A stretch of 64,000 nucleotides of DNA from the human T2T-CHM13v2.0 reference genome, Homo sapiens: NCBI RefSeq assembly GCF_009914755.1, contig NC_060928.1; one strand, 5' to 3'. A program made the position numbers and the translations under genes. Under the pieces are notes generated by a model, which did no database searches, was not told the origin of the DNA, and saw only the letters and a list, made by a program, of their open reading frames with translations. Of the stretch, positions 52,796-64,000 are shown piece by piece; the stretch's first letter is position 1; each line of letters starts with the position of its first letter.

Positions 52796-55700
52796 AGAAA
52801 TTCTTTATGCAGTTGAGGAGATGGAGGGCTAACCAGGGTGCACGTTCAGTGAGAGCCTGGGCTGCGATGGGGAGGTGGGACAGGAGAGGCATCTTGTGAG
52901 GGGCCAGCAGGGGTGGATTCTAGGGTGTCTAGGAGGCCATGCTTGGGGCAGGAGTTTGCAGGCAGAAGCTGTAGGCCTGTTGGAGGGTTTTAGGAGGAGA
53001 AAGACAGGATCAGATTTGTGATTTGAAAAGTGTCCCCGATGCAGAGTGGGATATGGGTCAGCAGAAGGAGGGTGTGGAGGCAGACTGGGACACTGGTTAG
53101 GAAACAGTAGTTCAGAACTCCAGAAACAAAAGGGAAGTTGTTTGTGAAAAGAAGTTCGTGCCTCTCAGCATTGTTAACAACCATACATGGTGATTCTAAC
53201 TTGAATTTGTGTAGGATCAGTCATGAGACTTAGATTGTTTCCTGAACTCTGCTCTAGGGAAATGTAAAGTGGTTCTTCCTCTTGACTATCAATTAGCATG
53301 TTTTGACATAGACTTTCTTCCAGTGGGATTTAAAATCTGTGTTCTTTAGTTGAATCAATAGGCTTGAACATTACCATCCTGGACTGTCTGGGGGAGAGGA
53401 TGTTTTTGAAGAGTCTCAGGAGCAAATGGGCCATGAAAGGCCAAATTGACTGTTAATTCTAATTAAAAAGAGGAAGCTGCTACAGCATAATGAGTGTGGA
53501 CAGTTAATTAGCAGGTAAGAAAACACAATTAAAGTCTCTCAGAACAAACCTACAGTGATGTGTTCTGTTTGGTGGTGAGTTAAGCACACTCAGATGACCT
53601 GTTTCTAAGCTTGGTGAGGAGTTTCTGTTTCAATAGAGACGGAGGTCAGCAGTCTTGCTGGTAGGTTCTCATGGGCGCATTTTAACATTCTTCCTTTTTG
53701 GATGAGCATGGTGCTGGGAGGGGGTGTTGAAATAGAAAAGCAAGAGTGACTAGATAAAAGATGGTCGAGCTAGGAGGAACATCTCCCACCGAGAGACCGG
53801 GACATCAGGAAGACTGGCACACTCAAGCCACATCTTCAGAGAGAAGGCATTGAGAGTGGATAGAGGGAGGATACAGATGCTGGGCTGAAGCAGGGAAGTC
53901 TGGGAACCCTGCACGGGGCTGCTGAGCAATGGGACTTGTTTCCTGGCCCCCAGCGACTCCTGGGGAAGGGATGAGTTGAACAGGTGAGGAATGGCCCGCT
54001 CTCACCATGGACCTCCAGAATCCTAGCAGCAGGATACCCCACAACCCCCACAGACACTTGAGACGACAGGGAGAACTGCTTAGACAGGTGGCAGGGGCAG
54101 GACTCCAGCCTGTGTGTTGCCCAGAGGGTTTGGTGTGGGAACATCTGCAGTGAAGCATGGCCAGTGATGCCCATTCCCCAAGGCTTGCCATGCTCCTCTA
54201 GGAGTGTGACTGTCAGACCTGGACAGAGCAGGGTGGCCTTGCCTGTGGGATGAGGCCGGTACATTCTGAATGCCCCCCATCTGCTGGACTCTCTTGGGGC
54301 CCCAGCCTGGTTGTGCCCAGAGGGCAGTATCAGATGCCCAACCAGGGTGCTTCCCTGGGACCCTCTTCATGGCTTCTTTGCCAGCAGACCATGTCAGACC
54401 ATCGAAGAACTCTAGCAGACTGGCTCCCACTGGTGTGCACCAGCTCACCCACAGCCTCCCCTCACCGCAGCCTCCCTTCACTGGTGCACACTCATTCGTG
54501 CCCCACTCCCCCACCATCCCACATCGCTTTGCTGGTGCACTGTGAGTGGACCTTGCCTCCCTCTCTTCCAGCACATGTGTGTGCATTCATCACATAATGC
54601 CACCACTGCTGGCATGTGCGTACCCTGCTGTGCCCCCTACTGATACATGGGTACCCTACCATGCTGCCACTGCCAGCATGAATGCACAAATGGACACTGG
54701 CAACCCTGCCCCTGCCAGTGCCCCACCCCCACTGGTGCAAGGGCTAGCACAGGTGCTGGCAACCCCACCCCCACCAGTGTCCCACCCCTGCTGTGCTGCT
54801 GCCATTCATCACTGGTGCAGCTATATGCAGGAACACCACCACCCAACTCCTGCTGGTGCCCCACCCCAGGCAATGCACGTGCACCCCACTGCACTGTTGC
54901 AGCTGCTGGCACACGTGAGTGAGCATGGATCCCACTGCCGAAGTGCTTTGGCTGGCACACCCATCGAAGTGTTGTGGTCATTGGGCTGGGAACACCTCGG
55001 CCCATTCAGCGTAGCAGGTTCCTAACCTTGAGGGGCCAGAGAACAAATCTAGGGGCCCAATGTCAGTCCCCCAGAGCCAGAGCATGAAACCCAGGAGTGC
55101 TGAGCTGAGCGTTGGCTCCCTAAAATCTTCCTGAAATGAAGACAGTCAACTGAACCCACCTCATGCTGCAATCAAACCCTCAAGGGCATCAAAGAAGATA
55201 AAAGCAAAAAACCCTATCTAAAGGTCAGTAGCCTCAAAGATTGTAGGATCATCAGTCAACACAGATGAGAAAGAACCAGTGCAAGAACTCTGGCAACTCA
55301 AAAAGCCAGAGTATCTTTTTATCTCCAAATGACCACACTAATTCCCCAGCAATGGTTCTTAACCATAGTGAAATGACTGAAATGACAGACATAGAATTCA
55401 GAATATGGATAGGAATGAAGATCACTGAGATTTGGGAGAGTCAAAACCCCCAAGGAATCTAAGGAATTCAATAAAACAATACAGGAGGTGAAAGACGAAA
55501 TGGCCATTTTAAGAAAAAACCAAACTTATCTGATAGAGCTGAAAAACTCACTTCAAGAATGCATAATATAATCACAAGTACTAGCAGCAGAATAGCCTAG
55601 GATGAAGAAAAAATCTCAGAGCTTGAAGACTGGTTCTCAGAAATAATTCAGTCAACAAAAATAAAGAAAAAAGAATAAAAAGAATGAACAAAATCTCTGA

Positions 55701-56041
55701 GCAATATGAGATTATGTAAAGAGAGCAAATCTATGACTCACTGGTGTCTCTGAAAGCAAGGGAGAGAAAGCAAGCAACTTGGAAAACATATTTGAGGATA
55801 TTGTCCATGAAAATTTCCTTCAGGAAATGCAGGGAACCCCTGTGAGATACTATATAAGATGAACATCCCCAAGATACATAGTCCGTCAGATTCTCCAAGG
55901 TCAAAATGAAAGAAAAAATGTTAAAGGCAGCTAGAGAGAAGAGGCAGGACACCAACAAAGTGAACCCCGTCAGGCTAACAGTGGATGTTTCAGCAGAAAC
56001 CCTATAAGCCAGAAGATACTGGGGGCCTATATACAGTATTC

Positions 56042-56344
<303 letters not shown>

Positions 56345-56701
56345 TCCAGTATTCTTAAAGAAAAGAAATTCCAATCAAGAATTTTGTAGCCAGTCAAACT
56401 AAGCTTCATAAACAAAGGAGAAATAAGATGCTTTTCAGATAAGCAAGTGCTAAGGGAATTCATTACCACCAGATCTGCCATATAAAAGTTCCTGAAGGGA
56501 GTGCTAAATTTGGAAAGGAAAGACCATTACTGGCCACTACAAAAACACACTTAAGTACACAGACCAGTGACACTATAAAACAACTACACAATCAAGTCTG
56601 CATAATAACCAGTTAACAATATGATGACAGAATCAAATCTGCACATACCAGTATTAACCTTGAATGTAAATGGGCAAAATGCCCCAATTAAAAGGCACAG
56701 A

Positions 56702-57141
<440 letters not shown>

Positions 57142-60100
57142 CTATTCTAATTTCAGACAAAACAGATTTTAAACCAACAAAAATAAATAACACAAAGAAG
57201 TGCATTACATAATGATAAATGACTCAATTCAACAAGAATGCCTAACTATGCTAGATATATATGTACCCAACATGGAGTACCCAGATTCATAAAACAAGTT
57301 CTTAGAGACGTACAAGGAGACATAGGTAACCACACAATAATAGCAGGAGATGTCAACACCCCACTGACAGTATCAGACAGATGATCAGGGCAGAAAACCA
57401 GCAAAGATATTTGGGACCTGAACTTAACACTGACCAAATGAACCTGACAGACATCTACTGAATTCTCTACCCAAAAACAACAGAATAGACATTCTTCTCA
57501 TTTGCACATACTCCAAAATTGACCACACAATTGGCCATAAAACAATATTCAGCAAATTGACAAAAAAATAAAATTATACCAACCACACCCTTGGAACACA
57601 GTGCAATAAAAATAGAAATCTTTACTAAGAAGATCACTGAAAACCATACAATTACATGAAAATTAAACAACATGCTCCTGAATGACTTTTGGGTGAATGA
57701 TGAAATTAAGGCAAAAATAAAGAAATTGATTGAAATTAATGAGAACAAATATATAACATACCAGAATCTCTGGGACACAGCTAAAACAGTGTTAAAAAAA
57801 AAAGTTCACAGTGCTAAATGCCCACATCAAAAAGTTAGAAAGATCTCAAATTAACAACCTAACATCACACCTAGAGGAATTAGCAAACCAATCCCAAAGC
57901 TAGCAGAAGATAAGAAATAACCAAAATCAGAGCTGAACTGAAAGAAATTGAGACACACACACAAAAAATACAAAATATCAATGAATTCAAGAGTTGATTT
58001 TTTTAAAGAATAAATAAGACTGATAGGCCACTATCTAAACTAATTAAAAAAGAGAGAAAATTCAAATACACAATCAGAAGTGACAAAGAGACATTATCAC
58101 TGACCCCACAGAAATACAAAAAGCCCTCAGAGACTATTATGAACACTGAGAAGAAACTGATAAATTCCTGGAAATATACAACCTCCCAAGATTGAACAAG
58201 GAAGAAACTGGAACCCTGAACAGACCAATAACAAGTTCTGAAACTGAATTGGCAGTTAAAAGCCTACCAACCAGGAAAAGCTCAGGAACAGATGGATTCA
58301 CAACTGAATTCTACCAGATGCATAAAGAAGAGCTGGTACTATTCCTACCAAAACTATTCCAAAAAATTGAGAAGGATGGAATCCCCTTCAACTCATCCTA
58401 TGAGGCCAGCATGATCCTGATACCAAAACCTGGCAGAGACACATACATACACAAAATAAAACTTCAGGCCAATATCCTTGATGAATATAGATGCAAAAAT
58501 CCTCAACAAAATCCTAGCAAACCAAATCCAGCAGCACATCCAATAGCTTATCCACTATGAGGAAGTAGGCTTTATCCCTGGGATGTAAGATTCCTTTGAC
58601 ATATACAAATCAATAGATGTGACTCATCACATAAACAAAAGTAAAAACAGAAATTACATGATCATGTCAATAGATGCAGAAACGGCTCTGATAAAACTAA
58701 TATCCCTTCATGTTAAAAACCCTCCACAACTTGGCATTGAAGGAACATACCCCAAAATAATAACAGCCATCTATGACAGACCCAGAGCCAACATCATACT
58801 GAGTGGGCAAAAGCTGGAAACATCCCCCTTGAGAACTAGAACCAGATAAGGCTGCCCACTCTTACCACTCCTATTCAACATAGTACTGGAAGTCCCAACT
58901 GGAACAATCAGGCAAGAGAAAGAAATAAAAGATGTCCAAATAGGAAGAGAAAAAGTCAAACTATCTCTGTTTGCAGACAATATAATTTTATACTTAGAAA
59001 ACCCCATAGTCTCTGCCAAAAAGCTTCGTGATCTGATAAACAACTTTAACAAAGTTTCAAGATACAAAATTAATGCACTAAAACCAGTAGCATTTCTGTA
59101 CACCAACAACATCCAAGCTGAGCACAAGATCAAGAATTCAGTCCCATTAACAATAACCACACAAGCATACAAAATAAAATTCCTAGGAATAGAGCTAACC
59201 AGGGAGGCGAAAGATCCCTACAATGAAAATTACAAAACACTGCTGAAAGAAATCAGAGATGACACAAACAAATAGAAAAACATTCCATGCTTATGATAGG
59301 AAAAATCAGTATTGTTAAAATGGTCATAGTGCCCAAAGCAATTTACAGATTCAATGCAATTCATGTCAAACTATCAATGACATCCTTCACAGAATTAGAA
59401 AAAACTATTATAAAATTAATATAAAACCCAAAAAGAGCCCACATAGCCCAGATCCTAAGCAAAAAGAACAAAGCAGGAGACAACATGGTACCTGACTTCA
59501 AACTATACTACAAGGCTACAGTAACCAAAACAGCATGGTAGTGGTACAAAAACAGACACATATACCAATGGAACAGAAAAGAGAGTCCAGAAAAAAGGCC
59601 ACCTACCTACAACCATCTGATCTTCAACAAGCTGACAAAAACAAGCAATGGGGAAAGGACTTCCTGTGCAATAAATGGTGCTGGGATAATTGGGGAACTA
59701 TATGCAGAAGACTGAAACTGGACCTCTTCCTTACACAACGTACAAAAATCAACTCAATATGGATCAAAGACTTAAATGTAAAAACCTAAATCTATAAAAA
59801 CCCTGGATGAAAACTTAGGAAATATCCATTCTGGACATAGGCCCTGGCACAGATTTTATGACAAAGACGCCAAAAGCCATTGCAACAAAAACAAAAATTG
59901 ACTAATGGAACCTAATTAAACTAAAGAGCTTCTGCACAGCAAAAGAAACTATAAACAGAGTAAACATACAACCCAGAGTATGGGAGAAAATATTTGCAAA
60001 CTATGCATCTGACAAAGGTCTAATATCCAGAACCTGTAAGGAACTTAAGCAAATCAACAAGCAAAAAGCAAATAACCCCATTTAAAAATGGGCAAAGGAC

Positions 60101-62319
60101 ATGAACAGACACTTTTTAAAAGAAGACATACACGCAACCAACAATAATAATAAAAAATGCTCAATATCGGTAATCATTAGAGAAATGCAAATCAAAACCA
60201 CAATGAGATATCATCTCACATCAGTCAGAATGGCTATTCTTAAAAAGTAAAAAAATAACAGATGCTGGCAAGGTTGCAGAGAAAAGAGAAAGCTTATATA
60301 CTGTTGGTGGGAATGTGTTAGTTCAGCCACTGTGGAAGCAGTTTGGCAATTTCTCGAAGAACTTAAAACAGAAATACCATGTGATCCAGCAGTCCCATTA
60401 TTGGGTACACACTCAAAGGAATATAAATTGTTCTACCATAAAGACAGATGCATGTGTATGTTCATTGCAGCAACTATTCACAATAGCAAAGACATAGAGT
60501 CAACATAAATGCCCATTAACAGTAGACTGGATAAAGAAAATGTGGTACATATACACCATGGAATACTATGCAGCCATAAAAAAGAAAAAGATCACGTCTT
60601 TTGCAGCAACATGGATGGAGCTGGAGGCCATTATCCTAAGTCAACTAATATAGAAACAGAAAACCAAATACCACATGTTCTCAATTATAAGTGGGAGCTA
60701 AACATTGAGCACACATGGACACAAGGGAACAATGACACTGTGGCCTACTTGAGGGTGAGGGATGGGAGGAGGGTGAGGACTGAAAAAACAGGTACTATAC
60801 TATGCTTATTACCTGGGTGATGAAATAATCTGTATATCAAACTCCTGTAACATGCAATTTACCTATATATCAAACCTGCACATGTACCCCTGAAACGAAA
60901 AGTTAAAAAAAGGAAAAAGCGTTCTCTGTATGGGTGCTGGAGTTATAAGGCTGCCTGAAATAGGGTAAAAGGATCCAGGGGACATAGCTCAGAACCTGGG
61001 TTCCCACTCATTCCTGTGATTTGAGGCCATCGCACCCTCAGTCTAGGTCTTGGTTTTCCCAGCTGCAGAGCATTTGTTTGTTCATTCAGTGAACAAAAAG
61101 TACTGAGTTCCTGCTTGGAGGGGGCGCAGGGTTGGATACTGAAGATAGAGCCCGGAAGGAGCCACAGTCCCTGGGCCAGACAGTGTCTCAAATCCTGTGC
61201 AGTTCTGTTGTTCTCCGGCTCAGACCCTGGAATGCTGGGGCAGATGTGGATGACTGGTTCTTTACTCCATCTTCCCTCACCATCTCAGGCTGTCCCACAT
61301 CCACCTGCCGGCTGGCATCCCTGGCAGAGGCTTTTGTTGGCTTTTCACAAGCCAGAAGGGCTGTGGAACTGACAGAGCTTCTCTCCAGGGTGGACTGAAG
61401 AGAGCTGATGCCCTAATGCTTCCTGTGAGATGATGCAGTTGTCTTCCCCCACAGTCTCCCAGAGTTCCCCAGAGAATCACACTGCAGGTGCCCACAGCAG
61501 GAACTTGCCCTGAAATGCACTCCATGGCTGCCTGCCTGGCCCTGCCTGACTCAGTGCCCACTCCCTCCTGATGTCTCCTGGGATCACCCCCCAAACAGAC
61601 TGCCTTCACTGGAATCTGTGTCTTAGGGTCTCTTGGAGAAACACTTCCCAGCTTTTCAAAGTCCTGCTATCCCCTCCACTGAAGCCTACTCTGGCATGCC
61701 CTTTACTGAACTCCTATTGGTTTCTAATCTACACTGCCACGGTACCTAGGGGAACAAACTTATTGTCCCAGCTTTAAAAATAGGATGTCCCATGTCTCAG
61801 AAACCCCTTCAGAGTCAGCAAATCAGAGCAGTTGGTCACTCTAATAGTATCACAATTTAATTATTTCTTGATTACCTAAAAGGGTTTATTGTATTATGAT
61901 ATGGGGAGAAAGAACATACTGAGTTGTAAATGGTTCTGAGACACTAAATTGATCTGCATAGGGAAGCACTGAGTAGAAAGAGGGGAGGTGAAAGATGGAA
62001 AGGTACAGAGGTTCAAATATGAAGTAGACCTGGGGGCATGGAGTGGGCAGGAGCTGGACTTTGGCAGTAGCTTGATACTTTAGCAATGCTGAGGTTAATT
62101 GATGCTGTGAACGCATTTCAACATTAGTGTCTTTGTGACTGTCTAGGGTTCTCTTTGTTAATGGACTGATGTTTCCATGCATGCACTTTATCAAGGCTGC
62201 TATGGTGGAAAGGGGTGGCATTTCCATGTTTATCAGGGTTTTTCCTTTGCATTCCCTTCATTCTCCCTCATAAAAGTCCTTGAGTGTGGCACTGTCCATT
62301 TTATTGATGAGTAGAGACA

Positions 62320-62440
62320 CTATGCTGTTTACTTTCCAAAATCAGACATTTTGAGAGTGTAAGGGGGGATGGTATTAATAGTCACGTCAGGATGTCAGGC
62401 ATAATCTGAGAGTGTCCCCGGCAAACTACTGATGAGGGCA
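62320..62440 (-). mobile_element. MER81-like hAT element
   Basis: acattttgagagtgtaagggggg..tattaata...caggcataatctgagagtgtccccggcaaac. Confidence 0.5.
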
Positions 62441-62496
62441 CAAGGTAAAAACTCTTAGCTAAGGTCCCACAGCTAGTAAGGCAGAGGCAGAGGTGG

Positions 62497-63054
62497 AATG
62501 ATGGTTAATATTGAGTGTCAACTTGATTGGATTGAAGGATGCAAAGTATTGTTCCTGGGTGTGTCCGTGAGGGTGTTGCCAAAGGAGATTAACATTTGAG
62601 TCAGTGGACTGGGAGAGGCAGACCCACCCTCCATCTGGTTGGGCACCATCTAATCAGCTGCCAGTGCTGCTAGAATAAAGCAGGCAGGAGAAGATGGAAG
62701 CACTGACTTGCTGAGTCTTCCAGCCTTCATCTTTCTCCTGGGCTGGATGCTTCCTGCCCTTGAACATCAGACTCCGAGCTCTTCAGCTTTTGGACTCTTG
62801 GACTTACACCAGTGGTTTGCCAGGGACTCTCGGGTCTTTGGCCACTGACTGAAGGGTGCACTGTCGGCTTCCCTATTTTTGAGGTTTTGGACTTGAACTG
62901 ATCCACCACTGGCTTCCTTGTGCCTCAACTTGCAAATGGTCTATCGTGGGACTTTACTTTGTGATCATGTGAGTCAATTCTCCTTAATAAACTTGTTTTC
63001 ATATATACATCTATCCTATTAGCTTTGTCCCTCTAAAGAACCCTGACTATTATA
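62497..63054 (+). mobile_element. MLT2A (MLT2A2-like) HERV-L solo LTR
   Basis: tgatggttaatattgagtgtcaacttgattggattgaaggatgcaaagtatt...aataaac...gaaccctgacta. 5-bp TSD ggtgg at 62492-62496 and 63055-63059, inside a MIR. Confidence 0.88.
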
Positions 63055-64000
63055 GGTGGGATTTGAAGCCAGGTCTATTGGGCTGTCCACGGGGTCCTCT
63101 CCGTCAAGGTGAACACCTTAAACAAACACATCTACCATGTGCTGACCACCTACAGTGTGGCCTTCCATGCAGAGCTATATTGACTGGTAAGACTCTTTCT
63201 AGGTAGGTGGTCTTATCTCCAATTTACAAATGAGGAAACTAAGGCCCAGAAAGATGGATTGCCTAAAGTCATTCACCTAATTTGTGGTAGAGATAGAAAT
63301 TGATAAATGGTTTTTCTCCTATACCAGCCATGAGGCCAAGTGAGGGAGCATAGAGACTGAAGCCCTTGTTCAGATTAAAACAGGAGATCCTGAGGGTGAC
63401 AGAACAGGTGAAGTGAGGTCTGCTTTAAGCACTCTGTGCACAAGTGACCTCATCAGCCTTTGCTACTGTTTCTGACTTCTCTTGGAAGTTTCTTCCAGTG
63501 AAAAGTGAGCTTATTTTTCTTTTCCAGGTGTCTTCCTCCAACTTGCACAGCCTGCAGCTCCTATTGCTGTCACATATATTAATGCTGATATCAAAGCCCC
63601 TGCTGGAAGTCAGGGAGCGCCTGCTCTCTTTGCAGAACCGGCAGCCCCAGGTGTGCTATCTTTCCCCAGTTGGCTGTGACAAGCGGCCTCTGCAAGGCCG
63701 AACCATTTCCAGATCCAAAAGCTGAATACCCCTTGGCTGCACTCAGCCCCCAGCTCCTGAGGGTGTGGAGAGCAAAAACCTTCCTGCTGAGCCCTGACAG
63801 CTGCTCAGTCTGGGCCCCTTTCCACAGCCTGGCTTCTTCCTGCCAGGAGAAATTCATCTTTTCACAGCAGAGGGAGTGAGAACAGCCCGCAGTTCCTGTT
63901 GGATGGCACCTGCTATCTCTCTGCCCCCTGGGTAGTACCAGGCGTTCTCTGTGGGAAATGCCCTTCCTCCTCCTTCTCCTCCCTCCCTGTCTGCCTGAAA

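Noticed and set aside
53823-55025. Cluster of overlapping 90-170 aa ORFs on both strands
   Set aside because: Produced by the stop-poor GC-rich L1 5' UTR.

Overview
Human genomic DNA (a near-consensus AluYb8 is present) containing the 3' end of SLC2A9 (GLUT9 urate/hexose transporter) on the minus strand. There is a 128-nt penultimate coding exon (38802-38675), a last coding exon (30393-30190), a short 3' UTR with only non-canonical poly(A) hexamers, an 8.3-kb last intron and >25 kb of the preceding intron. About 30 kb of downstream sequence makes up the rest. Most of the window is interspersed repeat (Alu, L1, L2, MIR, MaLR/ERVL/ERV1/ERVK solo LTRs, DNA transposons), often nested with readable target-site duplications (TSDs). 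I find no additional protein-coding gene, RNA gene, CRISPR array or convincing new multi-gene system. The best leads are: an unidentified TSD-flanked poly(A)-tailed retrocopy (27231-27495); an MLT2A LTR with a DUX4-type motif, splice donor and a strong downstream acceptor (possible antisense transcript); a local ~240-bp templated duplication that preserves the empty sites of two AluY insertions; an AluYb8 creating a close inverted Alu pair; and several atypical micro-insertions. Repeat subfamily calls are by eye from remembered consensus sequences and need RepeatMasker/Dfam confirmation. Coordinates of old repeats are approximate.
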